This document shows positions 12,601 through 27,600 of a DNA stretch of 64,000 nt, piece after piece (the first letter of the stretch is position 1; every line of letters begins with the position of its first letter). The DNA lies in contig OZ249436.1 of NCBI GenBank assembly GCA_965235115.1, positions 41,602,001 to 41,666,000 of the forward strand, given 5' to 3'. Position numbers and translations under genes: made by a program. Source of the DNA: Laetmonice hystrix. Its lineage: Eukaryota. Below the pieces are notes generated by a model. That model ran no database searches. It saw nothing but the letters and a program-made list of their open reading frames with translations, and was not told the DNA's origin.

Positions 12601-15600
12601 CATCACTATTATTCTTTGCAAACAGGTTACTTCTGCGTTCGAGCAGCCTGGCTTCCAAACCCTCAGGACTTTCTGAACTACACGGGAGATTCATGTCTGT
12701 GTCCAAGTAATGTGACAGGCGGGGAGTGTCAGCCGGGATACTACTGTCCCGCCGGGTCCCAGGATCCCACTGCCTGCGAGGAGGGACAGTACTGTTCCAC
12801 CCCAGGTAGGTCCACCACTTACCATCATTGTAGCGGAGGGGGGAGGAATGGCAGTTCTTCGTGTCAATCAAGCAAATTATGACAACGATCAGAGGTAGAT
12901 TTAGAGCCTGATTTGTTTAGTCAGCAGGAGCCGGTTTTACTAAAGAGTCGAAAATAATGACGTCAAAAATTTAACATAGAAGTGAATGGGATGCTAGTCA
13001 AAAATAACGACCTAGCAACCATTCACTTCTATGTTAAATTTTCGACGTCGTTATTTTCGACCTTTAGTAAAACCGGCCCCAGAATTCCCACATTAGAAAA
13101 TTCCTAGGATATAGATGTAATATACAATTTATTAGTTTGGTTAATTTTGGTGGAATTGACTTTGATCATAATTATATTCCAAATATTGGTACAAAAGTTA
13201 GGAATATACATTGTGATATTGTTTTGTTGCAGGTCTGCATACTGTGACAGGACCTTGTGATGCTGGGTTTTATTGTAACCGTGGGTCCAGCAGGTCGAAT
13301 CCAACAGATGGTACCACAGGAAACATCTGCCCACCAGGACGTTACTGTGGTACGTCAAGTTGTGATGTTTATACATGTATATGCTTACGGTGTCTTCCTA
13401 CTCAGATCTCTCTCTCCATGGTCATCTTAATCTTAACCTCGATTCATCAGCTTTTTTCTCAAGCCCAAGACGTTTTTATTGCTGATTCGTTCATCGATTA
13501 AACTGATGTATTGCTGTACAATTACAAAATGTATGTTTATCTATAACACATGTATATATGTGTAACGTTACTTCTGTACGTCTTTCAAAATTGTGAGAAT
13601 GAATCTTTGTATACTAGTTAGCTTAGGGATATAGAAGTTTGTTATAGCAATGTCTCACTCTATAGTATGAAGTTCTGATGTTCTTCAGTGATAGGCACAG
13701 GTAGTGACCCAGCCCGCTGTCCTCCGGGCACCTACTCCAACCGAACACAGCTGACCAGTGGGACTCAGTGTCAGGAATGTAAGGAAGGCTTCTATTGTGC
13801 ACAGCCGGGGCTGACTGAACCTACCGGCCCATGCGATGCTGGTAAGTGGCGGGTATTAGTGTAAAATAGGGCACCCGTTAGTTCAGGAAGATATATGTTT
13901 GAATTGAAACGTTGCGTTATTCAGAAATTGTTCTTACTGTAGGGTTGCACTCTGCCATTGAGACATTTTGACCCATAGTTAAATCCGGCAAATAACCAGT
14001 TGGAATGGAATATCATCCAACCTTTAAGGTGGTAAAGCTATGAGAGAAATAGTTTTGGTAAACTATAAAAGTTGACCTTTCTTGAGTGACGCTGGTAATG
14101 TCTGCTCTCGACCTCAGGATACTTCTGTCCAGCCGGTCAGAACTCCAGCAACCCGTTCCCCTGTCAGCCAGGGTTTTACTGTGAAATTGGTAGTCTCAAC
14201 ATGACTGCTTGTGACTCGGGAACCTATCAAAATGAAAACGCTCAGGGTGCATGCAAGGAATGCGTTGCAGGTAAGGGATCTGTTGGTTTCAGGACATTCA
14301 AGCCATGACAATGTAAAACATGTTTTACAATCCATTGCCTCAAATACAAATAATCTCAAACATTCATTGAAATCAATGATATTGATGCTAAAACTGTTTT
14401 AAACTTGAATCTTTGAATAAAACATGACATTAATTTCAGGACACTATTGCAACATTGCCAATGCGCCAGTGTCAGATTATACACCGTACCCATGCCCTGT
14501 TGGTTACTACTGCCCCAACGGTACCAAGTGGGCCCAACAGTACGGGTGCCCAGCGGGGACATACAACCCTGACACTAAGCTGGAGCGTGAGGACCAGTGT
14601 ACGGCCTGTGATGCTGGCAGATACTGTAGCGGAATCGGAAAACACACAACAACAGGTAGTGATGCGTACATTCTGTAGATGTCATGGTGTAGAAATCATG
14701 GTGTACAATACTACATAGTTAGGGGGAGAAAAGGTTGTATCAGTTAGATATCACATAAGTCTATATTCTCAGATTTCTTTTTTGCTCTTCAATGTTTTTT
14801 AAACTTAGTTATTTTGACCACTGAAGTCCTGTGAGCTCAGAATATTTTAGTACAGCAGGAACTTTAGTTGGATGAATAAAAAAAATCGATCTATAATAAA
14901 TGATGTAGGACTTAATGTTGTGTTGGTTGTGTTACAGCTGACTGTAGTGCAGGATTCTGGTGTAAACAAGGGGCAGCGAGCTCCACCCCTACGGACGGGA
15001 TCACAGGCATGGCCTGCCCTGAGGGCAGTTATTGTCCCCAGGGGGTAACTGTCCCTACCCCGTGTCCCCTTGGATCATGGTCCAACAGCACTGGACTGAG
15101 GGTCGAGGGTGAATGCATGCCGTGTTCAGGTGGATACTACTGTAACGGCACTGGTCTTACCGAGCCGTCGGGTCCGTGCGACCCAGGATATTATTGTAGT
15201 CGCAACTCCTCAACAGCTACGCCTGATGATGGGGGAGTTACTGGGGCCCCGTGTACGGCAGGCCACTACTGTCCATCAGGTACGGCCGACCCGCTACCCT
15301 GCCCACACGGCACATACATGGAGAACACCCACGCTGAGGCCTGCTGGACATGTACCCCAGGGTACTACTGCTTGACTGGGCTTGTTCCACAGACCTGTCC
15401 CCCAGGGTATTACTGCCCCCCGGGTACTGGCCTAGTGTGGCAGTCGTGTCCCACGGGGACATACAGCATTCAGACAGGACTAGCCAATGACACACAGTGC
15501 ACCCCCTGCCCTGGAGGATACTACTGCTCGGAGCTTAACTCAACAGTCGTCTCCGGTGAGTGTTCACCTGGGTATTATTGTACGGAGGGAGCAGACACGC

Positions 15601-18600
15601 CGACACCAGACGCCAACTTCAAGGGTACTGCGGGCCCGTGTACAACGGGACACTACTGTGGAGTCCGGACTGCACTCCCAGAACCCTGCCCCCTTGGAAC
15701 TTACAGCAACACCACACACAACCAGAATGTGACTGAATGCAAACCCTGCCTGTTTGGGAAGTATTGTGGGGAGACAGGACTCACAGAGCCCTCTGGTGAA
15801 TGCTGGCCTGGATTCTTCTGTTTGGAAGGAGCAAAGTACCCAAACAACCCAGTAGAGGACACTTCTGGAGGGCCCTGCCCCGTTGGACACTACTGCCCTA
15901 ATGGAACGTCCTACCCACTTGGCTGTCCCAGGGGTTCTTACAGTGTAAGCACCGGATCAGCCCTGTGTACACCATGTCCAGCTGGGTATTACTGCCTGGA
16001 GAATTCCACGACATATGCCTCAACACCCTGTCCAACTGGTCACTACTGTCCAGTCTCAACAGGAGCACCCTATGATTACCCCTGTGACAAAGGATACTAC
16101 AACAATTATACTGGTGCGTGTCTTTCTTCAAAATGTCAACTTATAAAATTCTATGTCCAGGTTGTCCTCTTTGGTCGGACATAAGTCTGGAGCCTCAGTA
16201 AAAATAGAAATCAAAGATCCTGTTCTGATTTATTTATTTAAAAGATTGTCTTAATTTCAGCCTGGTTTTAAAATATTTTATTCAGGTAAAGGCAGTAATT
16301 CAGACTGCCAGCCGTGCGAGCCTGGTGAGTACTGTGGTACCCCAGGGTTGACTGTCCCGACCGACCTCTGTGCTGAAGGTTGGTACTGTAGTCGGGCGGC
16401 ATGGTCAAGCAAACCTGCTGAGATCGGTAACAGTACGGTCAATGACACTTGCTTCTGTAGTGATCAGGACACAGGTGGAAGGTGCCTGCCTGGTCAGTAC
16501 TGTCCGCGAGGGTCAAGCATGCCACTTTCCTGCCGGAAAGGTAGGTCAATTCTGTTTCAAGTTTTTGGATTTATCATATTGTGAGACCTACATTGCCAAC
16601 TGTTTTTAGGGTCTCTGAGCAAAACGAATCACTGGAAAAGGTTTTTTTTAGATTTTTTTCTGCAAACATCTATTATGGTTTGAATTCAACTAGATTTTCT
16701 ACAGGTAAAATAAGGATAGTGTAGCAACAATACCTCTGGATCATGGAGCCATCTCTTATGTCCAGTCCAGTCAGGATTATCAATTGAGTTTTGCTGTTGG
16801 CAGGGTACTTCTGTGATGCACCTGAATTGTCCAATGTAACTGGGCCATGTTCTGCTGGCTACTACTGTGTGTTGGGTGCGAGGCGCCCTGACCCACAGAA
16901 CGACGCCACTGGAGGCGAGTGTCCCGTCGGCTCATTCTGCCCAGAGGGAACAGGAGATCCCATCCCTTGTCCCCGAGGGTATTTCTCCAACTTAACAAAG
17001 AACACTAACTTATCTGGCTGCCAGCCCTGTACAGCAGGTAGGTTCAAAGACCATCCAAGGTGGTAAATTCTGTCATAAACATTGATTGAGTAAACAATGT
17101 GAGAAATGCTTCTAGAGATGTGTTATGGGTAGTAACATTTGCTTTGAACTTGCTCGAAGATCACAAAAGGTAAGATTTTTAGTTGCTCTCATTGTTTCAA
17201 ATTGATGTTTAAAAAAGAAGTGTTGTTGGACATGTCTAGGCTACTACTGCGACAGCACTGGTCAAGGAAGTCCCCACCACCAGTGTGATCCGGGCTACTA
17301 CTGTCCTGCTGGTCAGATTGTTGGCGCCCCGCCCCTCTATGCATGCACCCCAGGTCACTACTGCCCCGCGGGGAGTCCAACTCAGCTGACCTGTCAACCA
17401 GGTACCTACCAGGATGAATTCACACAGGTTAGTGGTATACATGTGGAAGAAGATCATAGAACTTTACAATGTATCATCATTATAATCATAGTTTTAGGTC
17501 ACATCATGGGTTTTTTATGGAATGAAACAGTCTTTAGGTGAGATGCTTGCAGAAAAATGTTGAAGATGATTGAAGCCTCATGTGTCTTTGTATTAGATGA
17601 TCTAAGAAATGTTGGAAATCTTCTTTCTTCTTTATTGAGAGTAACCAAGGAAGTGTTCTCTATTTACAGTGGTCGTGCAAGCAGTGTCCGCAGGGTTACT
17701 ACTGTGATTCGAGCATCCAGAACGACACCTTCTGTTCCCACGGTGTACAGAACCCTCAGCCTTGCCCCACGGGTCACTACTGCCCCGCTGGAACAGGGTT
17801 TGCCACCGAGTATGGCTGTCCTAACGGAACTTACAGGTTGGAGCAGACCTTGCATAACATTCAATTAATAAAACAAAGGAACCCATCATGGAAAAATATA
17901 GATATTGATGAAACAGTGGCTTTTTAAATGGTCTGGAAAATTAATTTGGTGCGGCAATCTGTATGGGTCAAAATAACAATTTCTTACCAGGATAATGTAT
18001 GCACAGACTTTTATTTGCTCTATCACTACTAAAATTCTAAAATTATACCACTGCTGTCAATGGGGTGTTCTCTTTCAGTGACCGCCTCCTGCTGACCAAT
18101 GACACTGAGTGCACACTGTGTCCCGGTGGTCAGTACTGTGGTCAAGAAGGTCTGTCCTCACCATCAGGGTCGTGTCATGGCGGCTACTACTGTCTCCAGG
18201 GGGCATCCACTCCCAGTCCGACCGACAACACGACGGGCAACATCTGTCCCCCTGGCGCTTACTGCCCGCTTGGGTCCAACTTCACCACACTCTGCCCACC
18301 GGGGACGTACAACCCAACCCAAGGTAGTTGATACAAACTTAAGAGAAGGCATGTAATTGGATCAAGACTTTAGCACTAAAAATTTTGCAATGATTTTACC
18401 CTTTCTCTATATACAGGATGATCATAAAGTGAGGTAAACCAATAAATTTCTTGTGTATATTGTACACTGTAAATATTGCTTTTGGCACGTATTGGTAAAG
18501 AAAAATTGTCTTCAGGTCTTCAGTCAGTGAGTGAGTGCACCTACTGTGAACCTGGCCAGTACTGTCCTGGCTATGGTAACGTGAACCCAGCAGGTAACTG

Positions 18601-21600
18601 TTCGACGAGATACTACTGCTCCGGGAATGCCTCGGTGGCAACCCCAACTGACAACACTAGTGGCAACAAGTGTCCGGTGGGTCATTACTGCCCGGAGGGT
18701 TCGGCTCAGCCCATCCTGTGTCCTCCAGGGACCTACACAGACACTGAACTGAACTTGGCCTGCTTGGACTGCACCCCTGGCCACTACTGTATCACAGGCT
18801 CCAACCCTGAGGACTGTCCGGCTGGGTACTTCTGTCCCAAGGGTACGGGACACGTGTGGGAGTCCTGTCCACCCGGGACATTTAGCTCTGTGTCAGGCCT
18901 CTCCAACGTATCTCAGTGTACCGAGTGTACGGGAGGCTTCTACTGTGATTCCCCCAACATGACAACTGTGTCCGGTCCCTGCGATTCCAGATACTTCTGC
19001 CTCTCTGGATCAGACTCGAGAGCACCATCAGGATTGACCAGAGGAGATGCTGGAGTTTGCCCTCTGGGTCACTACTGCCCCCAGCAGACTGACTTCCCGA
19101 GGGCATGCCCAGCGGGAACGTTTAACAACCAGACAGGTATTGGCAGCGAGAGTCAGTGTCAGCAGTGTCCGCAAGGTTATTACTGTGAGCAGAGTGGTCT
19201 GACCTGGCCTAGCGGTCAGTGCCAGGCTGGTTTCTACTGCTCCGGTGGGTCAAATACCTCACGACCTGACACAGCGTCCAGCTCAGGAGGACCATGTCCA
19301 GCGGGGTCCTACTGCCCAGAGGGTTCCAGTTTACCTGCCCTTTGTGAGGCAGGGACTTATACATCCATCCCTCTTCAGGCTAACTGTACTGATTGCCCCG
19401 AGGGCTACTACTGCTCGTCTGGTGCCACAAATATCACAGACTGCCCGACAGGTACGTAGTCACAGCTCGTGCCCATATACAGACTTTCTTGGCTGAAAAA
19501 AGAGAAATATTAGCGTGAATATAGTTATCATGCTTCAGAGGTGACATTTATATAGTAAAAATCTACTTTGATTCCCATTAACATCTTTGCCTTAAAATCT
19601 AAATTAAAAATCAAAGGCTACCTACATATCCATCAGATCCAAAGTGTGCCGTATTTCTGTTTGTTTATTCTTTGTACATGTTTCTCCCACAGGATATTAC
19701 TGCCCCCAGAAGACCGAGTTTGCCACTCAGTACCCCTGTAACAACGGTAGCTTTAACAACATGACCAATGGCCAGGACCCGAGTGTCTGCCAACTTTGTC
19801 TGCCAGGGTACTACTGTCCAAGCAGTGGCATGTCTGTCCCACAGGCACCCTGTGCCCCTGGCTGGTACTGTACTCTAGGCTCATGGTCGGATAAACCTAC
19901 GGTCCTGGGTAATGACACGACTGCTACCTGTGTTTGCCCGGTAAATATGATGGGTGGGATGTGCAGAGCGGGTACCTATTGCCCCTCTGGATCCCATGCT
20001 CCGGTACCCTGTGACCCCGGGAAGTACTGCCTGGAGGACGAGCTAAGCACCGTCAGTGGTGACTGCATGGCGGGGTACTATTGTAACGGCAGTACCATCC
20101 TACCCAACCCAACCAATGACACTGCAGGGGACATATGTCCCAAAGGACATTACTGCCCAGTGGGAAGTGCATACCCTACACCTTGTGTTCCGGGAACGTA
20201 TGCGAACCGCCTACAGAATCAGAACGAGAGTAACTGCCTGCCATGTACGGCTGGGTACTACTGCTCTGGGTATGGACGAGACTTACCGAATGCGAAGTGT
20301 GATGTCGGATGGTACTGTCCAGAAGGGATGACCGTCCCACAGCCACCAGGTCAGCGGTGTCTTGCCGGACATGAGTGCCCACTTGGAAGTCCTGAGATGA
20401 CCTCATGTCCGTCCGGAGAGTATCAATCACTCCCTGGGCAAGGAGCATGTTTGTATTGTCCGCCAGGTATGTACTGCGACCAAAACGAAGCCATTGCTGA
20501 GCTGCAGAGTGGCACGAATGCTTCATCCCATGGCGTCGTAACACCAAAGATTTGCCCTGCTGGATTTTACTGCCCGAACGGCACCATGACAGCACGGGAA
20601 AACCCATGCCCAGTTGGGACGTATAGTAACACCACAGGACTTGAGAACGGGACGGAGTGTCGACTCTGTCCTGAAGGATTTTACTGTGAGGCTGAGAACA
20701 TCACAGAGCCGACAGGGCAGTGTGCCCCAGGGTTTTACTGTGTGCTGGGAGCACGGACCCCAACCCCGTCCCCAGGTGCAGAGTGGGGACCATGCCCCCA
20801 GGGGACATTCTGTGAACAGGGCTCCACCTGGCCTACCCCATGCCCCAAGGGGACATTCGGAGACCGGGACCGTCTGCCCTCTGAGCAAGACTGTACCATC
20901 TGTCCACCAGGAGAATTCTGTTCTCACTCGGGTCTCACTGCGTCAAATTCGTCTTGTCTGGCAGGATTCTACTGTACAAATGGGTTGGTGTTTACAGAAG
21001 TTTTATCTGATTTACATAATTATACTGACAGCTTTGTGTTACTGTTTATTACGTGACCAGTTCTGGAAAGTGGAGGTGACCAGCAATAGCTTTATCTTTC
21101 TGAAATCATCAGATCTAAATAAGATTTTGACAAGTTTGACTGTATGTACATTTTACTAGTTATGGTGTATAGATCAATTTTAAAAATAGCATTTTGATTT
21201 TCTTTAATGCTTCAATTGTTGAAACAAATGGAGAACATTTTGTGATGCAGGTCAGAGGAAGCCAACCCTGTTGGAAAGAGCTATGGTGATGAATGCCCAG
21301 TTGGCAGTTACTGCCCGGACCACAGTTACCAGCCGACCCCGTGCTCAGCAGGACACTTTCAGCCTCACCCCCGCATGACGAACATCACTGCGTGCCTGCC
21401 ATGTGATCCAGGAAAATACTGCAATGACTCGGGACTAGCTGCTGTTTCAGGCGACTGCTCTCCTGGCTTCTTCTGTGAGGGAGGTGCGTCGTCTCCGTCT
21501 CCACGAGATGGCGTGACGGGTAATATTTGCCCCGCTGGTTCGTACTGTCCCAGAGGTTCACATACACACCTGTTTTGCCCCACTGGGACATACACAAACC

Positions 21601-24600
21601 ACACAGGGGCCTCACAGTGTTATGACTGCCCTGAAGGGTATTACTGTATCGGACGGGATCGGGCTGAGCTCTGCCCAACCGGATACTACTGCCCACTGAA
21701 CACTGGGGCTGACTTGGAGCCGTGCCCGGCTGGGACATTCAACCCAACCCCAGGAATACGTAACTTGACGGAGTGTACACCCTGTAGTGGTGGACATTTC
21801 TGTTTGACACCAGGTCTGAGTTATCCATCCGGCACCTGTTCTGAGGGATACTACTGTATTACAGGTCAGACATATTCAACTTTACATTTGTTGAAGCAAC
21901 TTAATTCTTTACTGTTAGAGGTGTAGTATAGGTTTATGATATACTGTTACAGTATTTTGAATAATATACTAAGTATGGCCTTTTTGAAATTTCCTGATGC
22001 CCACAAACATAAACACCAATTTTATGGGGCATTTTGTTGTATTTGTGATGTAGGTGTTGACACCCAGACGCCAGGGGGCGCTCACCTAGGTGAGGGTGGG
22101 GACTGTCCTGTGGGATACTACTGTCCTGTGGGAACCACTGAGCCAATGCCCTGCCAGCCGGGTACGTACAGTGACAACCCGCGCCAGGCAATGTGTGACG
22201 AGTGTCCATCAGGCTACTACTGTCTGGCCAACTCAACAACGTACACACACCAGGTATGCCCGGCAGGGTACTACTGCACCAATGCAACACGGCATGCGTA
22301 CGAGTATCCATGTCCCAAGGGAACTTACAGTGCCTTCTCAGGACGTACCAATCTTGATGACTGCCAGCTTTGTCCTCCAGGAGAATACTGTGAAAGTATG
22401 TCATGGTTTTGTTTTATTCAATTCAATTCTTCCAATATATATTATCTCCAAATAAAATCATGCAGAGGAAATCCCATACTAACAGGGGATTTGGTCTTTT
22501 AGTTATGTTAGTTTGCAACATTTTTGTGATTCTGTAGATTTTATTTGGGTATTTATTGAATTATTTTGAATACTTCAAATAATTTACATTAATAGGACAT
22601 CAAAAATATCAACAACAGCGTAAATTTATAAGTGTTTCAATGTTTGCAGATGAAGGATTGTCTGCAACGAGTGGCAACTGTAGCGCTGGGTGGTTCTGCA
22701 CCGGTGGTTCATACATGTCAATGCCTGTAACCAATGGCAACAAGACGTCCCTCTCGGAATGCTCCTGTCCCGCTGTCAACTACACGGGAGGGAAATGTTG
22801 GCCTGGGACGTACTGTCCCAGTGGGTCTGCATATCCTGTGCCTTGTGAAGGGGGTTTCTACTGTAGGGATTACGGCCTGGCACAACCTAACGGACCCTGT
22901 GATGCCGGCTACTACTGTGACGGTAATGCCACACAACCTGACCCTCCGCACCGTGTGTGTCCTCATGGACATTACTGTGAGCAGGGGTCCAAGACTGCCA
23001 CCCCCTGCCCGGCGGGTACCCTCTCCAACACCTACGGGAACCCCAACGTCACCCTCTGTGGGGCCTGTCCGGCAGGTTACTACTGTGAAGCTACAGGAAA
23101 CACTAACTGGACGGGACCGTGTGCTCACAAGTACTACTGTCCCGCTGGTCAGTCGGTGGCCACACCTGCAGGTTTGTCAATCCACACAGAGTTTTGTGCA
23201 GGGAAAAAAAGCATATGCTAGAATGAACAAACAGATTTTTAGACCATAACAGGACTCCAGGGGTGCGTTCCACAAAGCCCGAAAGATGTCTTTGAAATGG
23301 TCGCTGAGGGCAAAGAGGTCTTTGCGGCGACGGGTGTTCCACTAACCACCTATTCTTTAACATTGGCCCTGCAGAGACGTCTTTCCAAACGCGTCTTTGC
23401 TAAAGACGTCTTTCGTTAGTGGAACACACCCCAGGCTCGGTGTTCCCTGTAGGTGACTGCAGTGCTAGCTTCTACTGCTCCTTATCTGTTTTAGATGTCA
23501 TAAAAAGATTAGTTTCGGAGCAATTTGTGGTGCCTTTTCTGATAACATGATGACTTATTTGCATGTTAGCCTATGGGTGCACAATTGGTCACTACTGTCC
23601 CGGAGAGACGGGTGAACCCAAGCCATGTGAGGCTGGAACGTATGAGGACGAGACCTTGCAGAGTGAGTGCAGTGGCTGCCCAGCTGGAAGGTTAGTGTGT
23701 TCACCGGAAAGGACTTTGTAAGAAATTTAACAAACATTGACCAGTGCAAATAATATTAATGAAATTGGAAGATGCGAAAATTTGATCTGAATTAAGAATT
23801 TTCAATTTACCTTGAATTCACATCAGGTATTGCGACCCAGTTGAAGCAGCAGTGGTCTACAACGTATCCACCCATGGTACAGTGGTGCCATCGGACTGTC
23901 CCCAAGGGTATTACTGCCCAGAGAACACCACCTCCAGTCGACAATATCCTTGTGCGCCAGGAACCTTCAGCAATGTCACTAACCTCTATATGCAGACACA
24001 ATGTCGTGACTGCACTGCTGGCTTCTACTGCAACAATGAAGGTTTGTGACTCATAAATTGTCAAAAGAGGAATATTTTTGAAGGGTAAATACCATATATG
24101 CTCTTAGGGTCTGAAGAAGTGCGGATGGATTGGCAGTTGGAACCTTCATCAGCCAATACAAATATTTGTAGATCTAAATGGATATTTATCTTATTGATGA
24201 TGTCAATATTTTCCATTGTCAGGAATGACTTCTCCAAGAGACCTCTGCGATGCCGGCTATGTTTGCGTGGGGCGGTCAAACACGTCACGTCCAACAGATG
24301 GCACTACAGGTTATGTGTGTCCACCGGGGTCATACTGCCCGCGAGGCTCAGGCCAGGAGACCAGTTGTCCTCGCGGAACATTCAGTAATACCTATAGACT
24401 GGAGAATGTGACCCAGTGTGAGGACTGTACTCCTGGAATGTACTGCCAGACTGACGGTATGCTTATACTGCTATAGATCAACATGTTAAAAAATGAAGTT
24501 TAACAAGTTCAAATTTACTGGAACATTAACCTGTCATTACATACATTGCATACGTTGCTCAAGTTTTGTACAGGCTTTAACTTTGTTGACAGTACTTAAG

Positions 24601-27600
24601 TTGAGGCTCAGCTTTTAAACTTTTCCAGACAACTGTATAATGAACATAGCTGCATTCCAATGGGAATTTTCTGATTACATTATGAAGACTGGGAGGTGCT
24701 GTATAAACTGAGTATATTGATCATCGATCTGCATACAATGAAAAGCTTAAGCATAGCTAGCAGAGGTCAACAAAAGCTGCATTTGCATGAATTGTGATGT
24801 AGTACCTTATAGGGTCTTAGAACACAGTGGAGTTGATATCGTATTTAATTAGGTTAATGGTTTTACCGTGTGCTACTTCAGGTCTCACATCACCAACTGG
24901 TAACTGCACAGAAGGACACTACTGCCACCTAGGGGCCATTGACCCTAATCCTGTGGGTCAGTCCTATGGTGACACATGTACGGCTGGTCACTACTGTCCA
25001 GTGGGCAGTGGGGTACCTGTACCATGTCCAGTTGGAACGTTCCTACCAGACACTGGACGAGCTGCATACAATGACTGTCTACCCTGCACTGGTGGAAAGT
25101 ACTGCGAGTCGGAGGGACAGACTAATGTCACAGGTATAGTTAACTTGTCAGGGGAAAACTTTAACTGAAGGGAAACCACTACCGTAATCTTCCGTGTACA
25201 AGCCGCGGCCATGTATAAGCCGCACCCCCGTTTTTAGAGCAAAAGTCAGAGAAAAAAAAATTCACGTTTCTGACGCCAGTCGTAGCAAAGTTGGGCCCCA
25301 ACCATCAACCCTACAGGCTGAGACGTGTATCAGCTAGGTGTTTCACCAGCTTGGCCATAGTGTGAAAAGTCGTTGGCCAGACGCCGGTGCCACCATCACC
25401 TCCCATTGTTAAACGGGCCGTTGCTTTCACGGGGCATTGAAAACAATAGGACCCACTTTTATTTTGGGAATCCATCTCACTGTCTTAGTCAGCAAAGAGT
25501 CACACATAAAACAATGGGTATTAACGGGTTGTGGGTATAAAGCAGGCCAGTTCCCATCAGAAATGCCTGCCCTTTGTCCCATTCAAATGATGATCTTGCC
25601 CAGAATCTTTCTCTGTCTATATCTCTCTCTATATGTTTCTTTAATCTATAACTCTCTATTTAACATTAATACTTTATTTGCAATACCGGTACCACCACTA
25701 GGGGTGTAATAATAGCGTTGGTGGCGCCACCTAGGGATGACTTGGTCTCCACATAGACGTAGAAGTCTCCAGACGCTTGTGGCCATGTATAAGCCGCACC
25801 CCTGATTTATGATTAATTTGAGGAGGAAAAAAGTGCAGCTTATACACGGAAGAGTACTTCTTTTATGTGTTTTCAGCTGGAATTCTGTTTGCCAGTAACC
25901 TGTGGTTAAATCGAAAATGGAAAATGAGGCATATTGCAAATATTGTGGGAGAGGGTATTTATTATATCACATTACTAAACAAAAGAAAAGGCATTCCACT
26001 TTTGTGAGCTTTATACATCATTGTTTTAGTTATCTTTTCATTCCGTCATGTACATATCCAAGATGCAGTGACAGTGATATGTGATTAAATGTCCTTTGTA
26101 TTTTAACATTGACTCTGTGTTCCCTGTAGGTGACTGCAGTGCTGGCTTCTACTGCTACTTGGCAGCCAATAGCAGCAGTCCCATCGATGGTGTAACAGGG
26201 GATATATGCCCTGAAGGAAATTACTGCCCAGTCGGTATTAGTTGGCCCGTGCCTTGCAATGATGGTGAGCGTTCGGCTAATGTTATGTAGAACTGGTTGA
26301 TAGCTAAATTATATATTGTGAAAACAGACGCAGATATTGCAAGAGCATTGCTATGTGTTAAGATAGTAACCAGATTTGTTTTTGTCAGTAGGGGGTTAAT
26401 TGTAACCAGTTCTGGAAGTGAGCTTGGTGTCACAAGCCTGTTGTATAGGACTTGTCTTTGACATATCTTCAGAGCAACTGTAGTTTTTATATATTCTCTG
26501 CACTCTTTAATACACCACAAATACAAAACATGTTTTATACATCAGGTTGGTACATGAACCACACCCAGGCGGCGCTGTGTGACGTCTGTCCTCCGAGGTA
26601 TTACTGTGTCAACAAGAACCGTGCAGACCCTTGCCCGCCAGGACGTTGGTGCCCTGGTAACACCGGTTACAACCATGAGCTATGTCCACAGGGGACATAT
26701 GGACCAACAACAATGCTGGCCAGTGCTGACGAGTGCACTCAGTGTAACGGAGGCGCCTACTGCTCCCAGCCAGGGGCGTCGAATGTAACGGGACCTTGTG
26801 CCCCTGGATATTACTGCCAGAGTGGCGTTAACACAGCCGCACCCAGCAACAACAACACTGGATTTGGTGGTGAGTGGTTTGGTTTGTGTCAATGCGACAC
26901 TTTCAAAGATATTTTCACAAGAATAAGTACAGCAAAGTACATTTAAAATTAGTAAATCGGTAATAAGGGTACCAAGGAGTCTTAGACCCCTTTTATAAAT
27001 TAGACATTTCCATTTCCATCATGAAATCTGGTAGATCATATCATGGAAAATGGGAACAAAAGAAAAGAAAGGCATCCCAAAATCTCATTATTAGTTTGGG
27101 TTTTCCTAACCAGATGGCTGTCCTGTTGGTCACTACTGTCCTGAGGGTACAGCTGAACCGATTGGCTGTCCAGCCGGGACTTACAGTGCACTGACCCACC
27201 AGGCTGTGTGTACACCATGCCAGGCAGGATACTACTGCTTGACCAACTTCACTACTTACCTCAACACACCCTGTCCTACTGGTAAGCAGTGTTTTATCCG
27301 TACTGCCAGGATCCTGCTTTTAATCGTGGTGATGGAAGTTCTGTGCCGAGACTTTACTCTGTTTTGTGTGGTGTATTAGAGGTTTTACTGAGAATGTGTG
27401 TTGTTACAGGTGCCTACTGCCCAGAGGGTACCAAGGAACCTTTCCAATACCCATGTCCTGCAGGAACTTACAATAATCGGACACTAGGGGATGACCCCTT
27501 CGACTGTCTCCCATGCCCAGGTCAGTACAACTAGCGTTAATGTTTTGTCAAAAATATTATCCATAAATATTATATAGAGTATTTTGTCTAGCCCTCAGCT

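Noticed and set aside
7807-19048. Three RGD tripeptides (7807, 8499, 19040) as integrin ligands
   Set aside because: About one is expected by chance in a Gly-rich ~7,900-aa ectodomain, and they do not sit at equivalent super-repeat positions.
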